Assembly (NCBI GenBank): GCA_029261035.1 | Contig: JAJDCD010000023.1 | Coordinates: 237,126-301,125 of the forward strand | DNA from: Candidatus Omnitrophota bacterium | Lineage (GTDB): Bacteria > Omnitrophota > Omnitrophia > Omnitrophales > JACROU01 | DNA length: 64,000 nt | Reading direction: 5' to 3' | In this document: positions 55,401 through 61,416 of the stretch, in pieces | Layout of the letters: each line of letters opens with the position of its first letter | Numbering within the stretch: the first letter of the stretch is position 1 | The notes under the pieces: generated by a model | What the model saw: the letters and a program-made list of their open reading frames with translations, nothing else | Databases searched by the model: none | What the model was told of the DNA's origin: nothing | Translations under genes and position numbers: made by a program

Positions 55401-57073
55401 CACATAGCTTTTTAAAGCTTATAAGAAAAAATCTTGCGATTAAAAAGAAGAGAATGGATTTACTTCAATATAAAGCAGCTGTTTATGGTTCTGAAGATGA
55501 AGCTCTGTTGAGAAAGCTTTGGGAAGAGTCTGGTTTTAAAATTGTGTCTTTAGAACCTTTGAAAGAGAACGAGCAAGATATTGATTACCCTCTTCCTGAG
55601 AGTGCATTAAAAACATATGGATGGAAAGTAAGGGTTGTCAAAGAGAGAACCTTGTCTCAGCGTAGTGAGGCAATAGAAGCCATCAAATTGCCATCAGATC
55701 AGTTGCGTAACAAGGATAAATCTTTGGTTTTGTCGCCTGAAACAAGGGCTATGCTAGAAATTCCTTATAAAGAAAAACGAGTTTCTAAAAAAGAGATCCA
55801 AAAAATGCTAGCTCAACGGGAATTTTTTAAAGATGCACGTGTGTTTGAATATATAGAACGGTATTTTGACAATCCGTCACGTGAAAGGAAGCACGACTTA
55901 GAAATTGTTCTTAGCCGAATTAATAATTTAGTTGGCTTAGCGTTTAGAACAAAAGGAATGGATGGTGAAGAAGACTTGTTGAGAGTAGAGGACTTAATGG
56001 CTGTTCAGAGAGTCTTAAACCAAGTTTTTTTTGGTAAAGGAATCAAACAAAAAAAGAACAGAAAAAAATGGCAAGCCCTCAAAGGGCAACTTCAAATGAA
56101 GTATGGGATCTATCAACTTATTCTTAACCATCAGACCTTAAGTACTCCTATTCACGAAAGGCTTCAAGGTTTATTGAAAAAATTTGATGTTATTTCAGAG
56201 ATTGAGGTAGATGAAGATAGAGAGGTCTTACGAATAAAAGCGAAAATCGAGAGAGAGTTTGTTTCTTCAAACGCTGAAAGTTTGGGAAGACAAGCCGTTG
56301 TGGGCTTTTATGATCTTAATCAACAGTTGGGTGGGGGAACCCGTCTCGGGTTTGACCGGGTTACCTATGAACTGACAAAAGGCCTTTTATCTCCGGTTCT
56401 TCGTTTAGATAGAGAGACTTATGATGAGGCGTATTCTTCTCTTTTTCCTGAAGAAATTTTAGAGAGTTTTAGTTTGCCTAAAGACAAACTAGATCAAATG
56501 GGTCTTTGGGGAAGAGTTTTAGCGGCAGGACAAGAAGGGCCCTCAAGGCATGTGTTTGACTATAGGAGTTTGCCAAAAAATATTGAAAGTCTAGATGCAT
56601 TGATTCTTTATTTGTTGCAACACAAAAAATTAACCTACACCTTACTAACGATAGCGCCTATCGAAGAAGTTAGAGAGTTTAAATTATTATTAAAAAAATA
56701 TATTTCGGATAAATATCAAACCAGTTTAGGTGAACGTTTTAATTTACAAGGGGTCCATTCAGAAAAGGAATTGAAAGCTTCTGTTCATAAACTTGTTTCT
56801 GATAATCAAAAGAGTGCTTTAGCTTTTGTATCTGAGGATGCAGAACAATCTTGGGTTGGTTTTACACGTAATAATTTGTTACAAGTAGCTGGATCTAAAG
56901 ATGCCTCCACTCAAAATGCTTCTGTTATTGTTGCAGCTCAAAAATTATTAGAACCTTTACCAACGCATCTTTTTTGGGAAGTTCAAAAACCAGAAGATTT
57001 AACAACGACTTTTATTTGGAATGAATTACTGATTCGATTTCAAGCAGATACAATGCTTCGAATTGCGGCTTAA
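43433..57073 (+). CDS. Giant modular secreted protein 2 (4546 aa; start may be TTG at 43484): shared N-domain, three unknown modules, two SAM-methyltransferase-like modules, two repeat arrays, C-domain
   Basis: Uninterrupted ORF; signal-like segment ending ANA-A; eleven [AG]xSLG linkers at domain borders. Confidence 0.9.
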   Translation: MLFFLKSFILFQERPTRLKFLYKTRRFLSSLVLFTFLFSLIQVSDLKNANAATIVPQSPLFVFDFDLPRNLGELTHISPKVLLDPTSDEPLFFHIQSSHRHYETETNIKEILRFLTKEYDIKHIFLEGGAYRLHPENFQFFPEDPEMNKKVVQTLLQKGELTGAEAFLIESEQNVSGWGLEDAKLYKENRDLFKKIIKLQPQAQTYLDFLILELNSINSVVLNNTLKKWLQQKKRHKEQTTPLSERLRYLKKQAKKQLDLDLSTPISQNLFPTLVRYFQLEKSLKEFNLEHWKKEKDLFLHELKKMELEPNLAKEIHSFLDKTPGFLKENYGYDSKTSQIFSLPKLRFVFERLYDALPEDFDIKRFPSVAQYIQIEILKDEVKGKQMFQEIKILEEKVLSSLIQTPEEKEHINLLEEITRLKKLIRLELTREEYNRYFDNSSQQNKPEHILDSTHQTISQTIKNKKTSLDILKQKLLETGIFDLTLSFYRAAIDREEAMTNKLLKHAKEVLKEKTIFITGGFHSEIFESTLKKNNLNYVQISPHMGDGSDFSEETYLKASLGKSFIETAHKEAPLRTDPLLLSELNDPMFLADIKAVVDETVLEVSGKSLGGLYDKDKTKTVGEVSFTGDVEKDFHQITEWFQTIFSNQEDVDLFLKQNYIVYGKRGEGWILRIEKNSDHTLSFDFEGVLMGGLNTPTLAKYQFVFDYQESSVQLFVYANWLLDLPYISDDQLILKKKIYFNSEELSSLKFENNKFYIEVPEKVRQQLWNLEILERFEKEGVASEHLQLVSEAQGIVLPKSGDVMPSMASSLGKAKSVDPEELAQRILTSKRFIIRKGAIDRLTGIASQMVFNLPEGKEAETQRRAFDILARLSVPQEEGEEVLPTEVYELLHLALAHIALQRTLPYSTEALEQLKNNLLSSNISEERFFKSVTNAFWNIIYLDARKEHGYRKDFILEVLSFIESTILSKSPQLRSLVYPLLFEFLKRLAYEVGNQTKSSEHFGVVTAPILNKIFDIYKHVFSTPNFEKKVYKDAVIHSFLHIYWGVKGDYSPLPLMQRRIDDFQPVVNFIQDAWNESREEERRNGIKDLYDNFVQYQDEGSASSLGNAHRPPFSFKNGIFRLNWNYPGKADVYPWAPKERGSFAEALNYWYGRAIFFTVDEREPLHYEEAITERLSSAVGDFEKIYRGLAAYPQLRLSNVLIQRNLDKPTAEVVEMIKPLIFDAAKAFGEAPESRAFRVDRKADHDSLMVLYHNAEQFVDTVTPFYRAHQSKASSLGLRPVEEKKVSTFDRFPTDKDYWDLFWKEAKLSSSSVNGDYPPSISGFLERFFSKLPNNFKSGLDLGTGNFHALRKAREHFDSRAMTPILIGTDFAQPGMSPPEGVVFRKVAGEHLSDLLIDDELDLQHIEAIFGVHSLLYMNVEGTLRQMNAVMPMGGQIGFVLHHAESTYVFSEKYYLEMLLLLERLDLFATLRQFIKDPRPKTLRVVYKKTKVLIDIILQKQEEDRAFSDSPTGKMIGELIGLSSYVTQQVLSDWLKNSSYAHKVPEFSTPFDMIYMMEFLSLDEMEGFREEGLDDYIYEVMSQYKKLKVELNQTHTEYLERIEGRFYGRKKKAALLKEAAIYGMQHKDELMDLFKRNGFEVEVEELHDTQSNGRSLLGWGVTGTKISEAMEKKPVLKRVNSEMPKLDFDEIKMKIPDFNDDFFESVQNQLEQLELLERIGFLKAAYAILQDPSNLWAQNTLNHAVYILDLYAHFISGMKKFIGDYAFFNPSTILSLYYQTLKGLETRLLPGELLDHILWIQSQIRMNQIEKVLLRRILELRPEEKVRRPGKIVQRALSELGYELTLFGQTSFSKDNTYWEIEIEKTTAASLGRLRSMTTHRVFSKEEKELKTNEIVPAASLGQVRNQKSVLIDRIRAGYEKLKEEEKVEIGDISLLVDKKEGRFYKTFPHPGGKNKGSREPVRLGANIEELELRLLREEEAIVLEFIYTKKGKKGVAKLYWTGKKYETEYERKVREMREAFKNLEEEKVVAVGDVSLLVNKSQGKLQHGFPTPNGNTLNKLQPIGTGMKGARQETVASSLGVQLNKEMLIMKIREGFRDLEVGNTKMVSIGDVSLLVDKKRGRFYQTFPTPDGGTVERGQGIGAGKGIKDIYLKMIKEEQEIVLEFWFKKGNSETEDRVKFYWNGKEYKQEKDRKKKELIKRIKKGFKKAKKGQSTEIGDVSLLVNKKYGRLQSVFPMPNGEKVAGIGLSFGAKLNLKKISLKIQNEEGQIVLKFLYRVKGKKEQETAKLYWNGKKYETEEKKKSSNKEQKELIKKIRKGFKDLESGKSEAIEVGDVSLLIKKKRGLFKGSFPTPNGGKVGASQALGTSGNLSEIFLTIRKEGNQIVLEFRYTKMISNTGDRKEKIVGKERLYWNGTKYLNKFNTGERKKREERLIKQIRNGFKSLKLGRKQEVEIEDISLLIYKKYGTLKPIFPTPDGGQVRKGYPFGGTKHIKEIALRIKKEEGQIVLEFFYKIEGEEKKSVRKVYWHEGKYESEVGRKKREIHEGFKNLQSGEKEKIEIEDISLLVNMRHGVFKPDFPTPDGGRIGKSRGMGVGKNLKAISLRASKVKGKIVLEYFYKTKGSKKEKFAKVYWFEGKYEVEIDRKRREIREGFQKLQLGEQEEIEIGDVSLLVNKRYGNFQMTFPTPDGSQVGRVGAIGIGKNLKEVTLTIRKENGEIILVFFSKTKGSKKEKQTKLYWYEEKYESETDRKRREIREGFQKLQLGEQEEIEIGDVNLLVNKKAGNFKFRFPTPDGGQVGKQYAIGMGGDSIEIDLKIKREKETGKILLEFRYQKQGRATFEKVPVTLAWNPTTKTYEPYVPETQQDVYEFDLDTEGFSLGRQMLEVGSQKMPKAKGYELTAIEASSLGEQQALEEAWKAFQLQRPQLIAKIEAWKAGKRGEETARQLRDQIYKIERADLIAWDLDKYMHKKSSQKVFSGYKELLIALFSDLQLNPLGFQLDFVKKPLESIRFRFAQKVPSVMERYARVETLSEEEKDLLREEVYEIDSSRLKEWQLERVLHRKEVPLFDGDYRQVLILSLPDLKLNPLGFGLDFTTLEKALESMRFIFEKEILEILKRYEQLKGLSELKVEQLREEIYAIRGRHLTAWGLEGLGDRSAAPYFKGSTFNALNTFFSELNLNSLDYELDWSSPEQATASVHHVFNKEFPELMERYRRFEELSFSQQNRLRDEFYQFTQNQMQALNLRAATQEYFQNTHAIAMQAIFPKLELNVLGFSLDWSSPEQARASLRFVFQRHIPSIMERYEKIDQLDAEMIERLRRDIYHNISNAHFRLWKIQNLIRTKVLGENYLEVLDVFFNDPRLGFSILGMRQYRKQNTTTKYQWKDLQQAKTSIKEAMRENMPELVDQYEAWESLSLFEQNNLRDDFYAITAGHIAVWGLNSALNNRAVPFFKGKIFNVLNETFPNLKLNPLGFALDYTTTDRALESIRYVLSKKKPKVIEEYDRRHELSQDEIEALKEKIYQINSRSLLLWGLRGAFSKKESPQFEGSYVRALQTFFSGLELNPLRFRTDFTTEENAINSVLSKFERYKPQLFSKYQSIEDLTEEEVETLREQIYRIQPEQLKLWGLRGAFSYFKGGYRAILMAVFNHSRLNLEKESFKRKRKRRRISESGRIPTVGLNVQTDEESSASSLGEDMSDTEVWKYGFKTVKGSAEYNPELKKAIREFFRALKGSNPDKLKIISVDTGTGAYTAINEARNYLEEQGWLHRFELVGTDIFEPEEKAPKGVRFEKVATESLSDSFALESLDGVMSVRSLLYTDVKDSLFVLNQVLKVGGEGLFILHHKYSEILAFDRDFQEQVDILKGLKLFAHLETFVKQPNYRNLRQLLIVRKIISNAIHERKTRKDFPHILNREIGLLQKFQAAIDYSVYLVLRDGLKKKITTKEIDEVLSFLEVPTNMEEEFLPYFNDLMTLYIRQYSGFDVQTYEHSAHSFLKLIRKNLAIKKKRMDLLQYKAAVYGSEDEALLRKLWEESGFKIVSLEPLKENEQDIDYPLPESALKTYGWKVRVVKERTLSQRSEAIEAIKLPSDQLRNKDKSLVLSPETRAMLEIPYKEKRVSKKEIQKMLAQREFFKDARVFEYIERYFDNPSRERKHDLEIVLSRINNLVGLAFRTKGMDGEEDLLRVEDLMAVQRVLNQVFFGKGIKQKKNRKKWQALKGQLQMKYGIYQLILNHQTLSTPIHERLQGLLKKFDVISEIEVDEDREVLRIKAKIEREFVSSNAESLGRQAVVGFYDLNQQLGGGTRLGFDRVTYELTKGLLSPVLRLDRETYDEAYSSLFPEEILESFSLPKDKLDQMGLWGRVLAAGQEGPSRHVFDYRSLPKNIESLDALILYLLQHKKLTYTLLTIAPIEEVREFKLLLKKYISDKYQTSLGERFNLQGVHSEKELKASVHKLVSDNQKSALAFVSEDAEQSWVGFTRNNLLQVAGSKDASTQNASVIVAAQKLLEPLPTHLFWEVQKPEDLTTTFIWNELLIRFQADTMLRIAA
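49142..52066 (+). repeat. Intragenic repeat array A: nine ~105-120-aa Lys-rich units (one truncated)
   Basis: Core (I/V)(G/E)D(V/I)SLL(V/I).KK.G....FPTPDGG ... YW..GKY; 52-nt identical DNA at 51398 and 51716 (318-nt period). Confidence 0.9.
52166..54499 (+). repeat. Intragenic repeat array B: eight helical units of ~90 aa
   Basis: LR(D/E).IY.I....L..WGL ... L.LNPLGF.LD(F/W) recurring. Confidence 0.85.
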
Positions 57074-57081
57074 TGAAAATT

Positions 57082-59064
57082 TTAAACTTTTAGTTGTTTT
57101 TCGGCGTCGACAACGTCGCGATTCATTCGGCTCATTGCTTTTATGGCTTTGTCTTTGAGATGGTCGGAGACATTTGGGGCATGGATTAATTGGCGTAATA
57201 ATTGAACGATCATCCGAAAACATCTTACTAACTCCCCTTCAGCTACAGTGGCATTCTTCATTACTTTTTCAAACGAATGGTTTTGATACCAAGCTTCGAC
57301 ATATTCTGTCAGATGAAAAAAGGCAGGTTTGGTAAAGGGATGAATTTCAAATTTTCTTTCTTTTTTGTAAACGTGTTTATTGCAACTTGTAGCCAGATTT
57401 TCTACATTTCTGAATCGTTTATGGAGATCAGGCATTTCGTCGTTCTTTCTAGGTTCATAAACGAGAGCTGCTAATATAACACAAAGTTCTAAAGGGTTGA
57501 TCGCATCTAAGTGGCCGTCCCCTTGCATTTCTCCAAGCAGAAGTTCGTAGCCATAGAGTCGTGAAGCAAATTTACCTTTTTCTGAAATTTTATTTTTTTC
57601 AATATAACCCATATCTTTAAGCAAACTGATTTTGGATTGCATTAACTCTAGAGCCAACCGTTTATTTCTTTTACTGCTTTGATAAGCATGAAATGATTTT
57701 GGGTAAATCTCTAGCAGTCTTTCTCCGAAAATTTCGTAAAGATTGAGGACGGTAGCGTAGCCCGTATTAAACTGACTGCGCACAGATTCATTTTCTCGAA
57801 AGATAATGCGTTTCACTTCTTCATGATCTATTTCATGAGGATTAACGCGAGTATAAACAAAACCTTCTTTATCCATTCCTCTTCGACCTGCACGACCTGC
57901 CATTTGGTAGAAATCGCGGGTTTTTAAAGGTCCAAAATGAGTGCCATGATACTTTCTTAAACAGTCGAAGACAACGGTTCGAGCGGGCATATTGATGCCT
58001 ATTGCAAATGTTTCGGTGGTAAAGATCAGTTTAATCAGTTTGCTGGTAAATAAAACTTCAATCACTTCCTTTAATGTAGGAAGCATCCCTGCATGGTGAA
58101 AAGCCACACCTCTTTCGATCATGGTAACCATCCAAAGAGCAGAGCGTTCCTCAGAGAGATTGTATTTTTGTAATAAACTATTAAAGAGATCTAAAACCTT
58201 ACTTCTTTCATCATCGCTTAGGAAATTATAATTAGATAGTTCTAAGGCCAAAGATTCGCAGCGTTTTCTGCCGAAAGTGAAGTAAATACAAGGCAGTTTT
58301 TCTTCTGCCTTTAGGGTTTCGACCAAGGTTTCTATTCGGTTCGCTTTTGCTTTAGGCCGATCGATTCGATTGCGCTTGTATCGATCTCTCATGGATAAGC
58401 GCCAATCTTCTCTGTTTTCATAGCCTTGTTTTTTTAATCTTGGCATGTCTTCGAAAAATTTATTTTGGCATTGAAAAATATGGTGAAGCTTAACAGGCCT
58501 ATGTTCTTCGATAATAACTTCTACAGGACGCTCATGAACTTCGCGAATCCAAGAGGCCAGTTCGTCCACATTGGGAATGGTTGCTGACAGGCATAAAAAA
58601 TTGATGTGTTTAGGGGTGAACATAATTGCTTCTTCCCACACAGTGCCTCTTTCGGGGTCGTCTAAATAATGGATTTCATCAAAAATAACCCAAGAAATAT
58701 TTTCAAAGCGTTTTGGGTTTTCGAAAAGAGTATTACGAAAAATTTCTGTAGTCATTATGAGAAGAGAGCCTTTAGGGTTGATTGAGACATCTCCCGTTAA
58801 AATCCCTACTTCATTTTCGTATTTGTGTGTAAAATCTCTAAACTTTTGATTGCTAAGAGCTTTGATAGGAGAGGTGTAGATTACCCCTTCGTTTCGGCTC
58901 ATAGCCATTTCGATGGCGTATTCTGCAATTGCGGTTTTCCCAGCACCGGTAGGAGCTGATACAAAAACAGATTCTTCTTTTTTGATGATTTTGATGGCTT
59001 CTTCTTGAAACGCATCATATTTAAAAGACACGAGAACTCCTTTGCATGCTAGCGTAGAGCGCAT
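57082..59064 (-). CDS. Ski2-like / HelY DExH-box RNA helicase
   Basis: APTGAGKT, SPIKALSNQKF, MTTEIFR, DEIH, LSAT, HHAGMLP, QMAGRAGRRG. Confidence 0.92.
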   Translation of the reverse strand: MRSTLACKGVLVSFKYDAFQEEAIKIIKKEESVFVSAPTGAGKTAIAEYAIEMAMSRNEGVIYTSPIKALSNQKFRDFTHKYENEVGILTGDVSINPKGSLLIMTTEIFRNTLFENPKRFENISWVIFDEIHYLDDPERGTVWEEAIMFTPKHINFLCLSATIPNVDELASWIREVHERPVEVIIEEHRPVKLHHIFQCQNKFFEDMPRLKKQGYENREDWRLSMRDRYKRNRIDRPKAKANRIETLVETLKAEEKLPCIYFTFGRKRCESLALELSNYNFLSDDERSKVLDLFNSLLQKYNLSEERSALWMVTMIERGVAFHHAGMLPTLKEVIEVLFTSKLIKLIFTTETFAIGINMPARTVVFDCLRKYHGTHFGPLKTRDFYQMAGRAGRRGMDKEGFVYTRVNPHEIDHEEVKRIIFRENESVRSQFNTGYATVLNLYEIFGERLLEIYPKSFHAYQSSKRNKRLALELMQSKISLLKDMGYIEKNKISEKGKFASRLYGYELLLGEMQGDGHLDAINPLELCVILAALVYEPRKNDEMPDLHKRFRNVENLATSCNKHVYKKERKFEIHPFTKPAFFHLTEYVEAWYQNHSFEKVMKNATVAEGELVRCFRMIVQLLRQLIHAPNVSDHLKDKAIKAMSRMNRDVVDAEKQLKV

Positions 59065-59307
59065 AGCGTTTAGCGTATAGTAAAAACAGAAAGACTCTGG
59101 GTCCCGGCTCGGTGGCCGGGATCCAGTGTCTTTCTATATCTCTGGATTCCCCCGCCCAACAAGACGGCAGGCAGGCGACAATAGATTTCGGGAATGACCT
59201 TGCACCACGTAGGGTGCATAGTAAAGCAATTATGGATGTCATTGCGAGGGAGGACAAAGGACCCGTGGCAATCTCGGATTTTTCTGACTTCCGACTTCTG
59301 ACATCTG
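59051..59307. repeat. Dense mosaic of intergenic repeats
   Basis: Heptamers agcgtag x4 (59051-59080); inverted repeat 59088-59135; interrupted TGGATTCC..GGGAATGAC 59143-59198; GTCATTGCGAG..GCAATCTC 59238-59275; heptamers ttctgac/ttccgac 59280-59307. Confidence 0.85.
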
Positions 59308-59385
59308 GTATATAATATATAGTATACATGAATCCCAGAGGTCTATCTCAAATGATCCAAGTTTGATTCATATCTATTTATTTTA

Positions 59386-59437
59386 TTTGGCACCACAGCG
59401 TTTTGTACCCAGTGTGCCGGGTCTTTAGACCTGGCAC
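59386..59437. repeat. Dispersed 52-bp REP-like repeat, copy 2
   Basis: 43/52 identical to 16516-16567. Confidence 0.8.
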
Positions 59438-59516
59438 ACATATACTATTACATTTTACAACTTTCTGACAGAGTTCAAATTTACTTTATGAATAGAAACG
59501 TAAGTTAGGAAAGATA

Positions 59517-61214
59517 ATGACAGACCCATCTCAAGATGCAGATTTTAATGAATTGGATTTCGAAGAACAAAAGGCTATTTTTTTTAAAAGCTCTTTTGAA
59601 GAGAAGGGAGATCTCCTACTTCGAAGCCAAGATCCCGACCAACTTGCCAATGTGATGTCTTGTGAAGAAATGTATTTGATGACTCGGAATATGGATATTG
59701 ATTTGCGAGCTGAGATTTTGAAACACGCCAATTTACCCCAACTTTTTTTTGTTGCCGATTTAGATTGTTGGTCTAAGGACCAAATTAACCCTAAAAACTT
59801 TTTAGATTGGTTGGAATGTCTTTTTCTTGCCGACCCGGAGAAGCTTGCGGGCTGGTTATCCCATATTGATTATGAAATGTTGGTTGCAGGTTTTAAGAAA
59901 TATGTGGGAGTCATCAAGCCCGAAAGAGAATATCCCGCAGATGAAATTTTAGGGGACCGCGCTTATTTTACATTAGATATGATGTATTACGTTTTGTGTG
60001 ATGAAGATAATTTAGATTTGGTTAAAAGAGCGTTGCATCTTATTTATGAAACCGAAAAACGTCTTTATGTTAATTTGCTTGAAGGTTTAATTTCAGAGTT
60101 GGATTACGAGATGGAAGAGGAAGCTTTTCGTCATCGTAATGTACGTTTAAGTGAACGCGGTTTTCCTGAAGAAGACTCTGCAATGCAAATATATCGCCCT
60201 ATCTCTGAGGATGAGTGGAAGAAGTTGCCTAAGAAGGAAATAAATATGGATTCGGTTCGAGAAGGCCAGGTGATGCCCGCAAATTATCCTGTGCTTTGGT
60301 CTGAAGAGAAATTGTTTTTAGATGATGTTTTAGGGAGTTTGGCGAGTGAGTCTATCGAAGTCATCCATTCTCTTCAAGAAGAATTGGTTTGGCTTTCAAA
60401 TAAGGTGTTGTCTTGCAGTGGTATTCAGATGGCGTCTGAACAGAAAGTTCGAAATGGGATCGAGCGTGTGAGGCGGTTTGTGAACATCGGCTTGGAAGAA
60501 GTTAGTCAGTCTGACGTCGAAGTGGCGCGTCCTCTTGTTTTGAGCACTTGGCTTGAATTTTTATTCCGAAAAGGGTTCACAGAGATTATTGATGTGCGTA
60601 GTGAGTTGACGAAATGCATCCAACAGTTTTGGAAAAAGAACAATGATGCGTTTCTAAATTTTCTGGGAATTCCCTATGAAAATATGTGTCGCGGGTTGCT
60701 GAAGACACAGCCACAATGTTTTGATACGGCTGAAACGCACGACTTAGAACAGCTACGAGATTTTAAGAATATGGACGAAATTAAAGCGTCTCGCGTTTTT
60801 GTTCAGGTATTAAACGAGTTACATGAGTGTCTCGTTAAGCAATGCCCTAACCTTTTCTCTGTTCTTTTAATCGAGGCAGATGGAAAGGATGACCCAACAA
60901 CACTTTTGGAGCTTATAGGGACTCTTTTGGTGAGATCTATTTTAGATGAAAAAATTCAATTTAAAGAAATAACAAAAAAAGAATTAGACCAGTTTCTTAA
61001 AAAAGGCGGAGAACAGGCTGGGATAGAATTTTTAATTCATAAAAAATTTATAGAAACATTTGTTGCTCAGATGACCGAAGGGCATCAAGACAATAAGAAA
61101 TTAGAACAATTTTTGTATCAAATCATCGAGACCCTCCAATCAGAGTTACATACCCTTTCCATTGCTTCCGACATCAACTACAAATATGTTCGCTGCGTTA
61201 AGTTGAAGGACTAG
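59517..61214 (+). CDS. Conserved hypothetical protein, DUF6178-like
   Basis: DLDCW..D, EEEAFR.R..RL.E.GF, IGLE, LFRKGF patterns recalled for this family. Confidence 0.55.
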   Translation: MTDPSQDADFNELDFEEQKAIFFKSSFEEKGDLLLRSQDPDQLANVMSCEEMYLMTRNMDIDLRAEILKHANLPQLFFVADLDCWSKDQINPKNFLDWLECLFLADPEKLAGWLSHIDYEMLVAGFKKYVGVIKPEREYPADEILGDRAYFTLDMMYYVLCDEDNLDLVKRALHLIYETEKRLYVNLLEGLISELDYEMEEEAFRHRNVRLSERGFPEEDSAMQIYRPISEDEWKKLPKKEINMDSVREGQVMPANYPVLWSEEKLFLDDVLGSLASESIEVIHSLQEELVWLSNKVLSCSGIQMASEQKVRNGIERVRRFVNIGLEEVSQSDVEVARPLVLSTWLEFLFRKGFTEIIDVRSELTKCIQQFWKKNNDAFLNFLGIPYENMCRGLLKTQPQCFDTAETHDLEQLRDFKNMDEIKASRVFVQVLNELHECLVKQCPNLFSVLLIEADGKDDPTTLLELIGTLLVRSILDEKIQFKEITKKELDQFLKKGGEQAGIEFLIHKKFIETFVAQMTEGHQDNKKLEQFLYQIIETLQSELHTLSIASDINYKYVRCVKLKD

Positions 61215-61416
61215 TTGTTGATCATGATCGTCTGAGATTGCCGCGACTCACTGGTTTTAGTCTCGCAATGACGTTTGTCCTAATCCCTTAGGCAGAGGAA
61301 GCTCTTTGCTAAAGGCCTCTTTTTGCCCCCAATCCTCCTATGTGTTAGGCTTCTTTAAAGAGGTCTGTACTGTTCTTTGAAACGAGTTTAAACGCATAAA
61401 AAGGGAGGTTCGTCCT

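Noticed and set aside
35921-56287. SLG motif as a DNA recombination site (attC-like)
   Set aside because: Codons vary (TCT vs AGY, several Leu and Gly codons) and no palindrome is evident; all 11 copies in gene 2 use AGY, so shared DNA ancestry is not excluded
59021-59329. ORFs 59021-59329 and 59112-59315, also 42127-42369
   Set aside because: Translations of palindromic and heptamer repeat DNA
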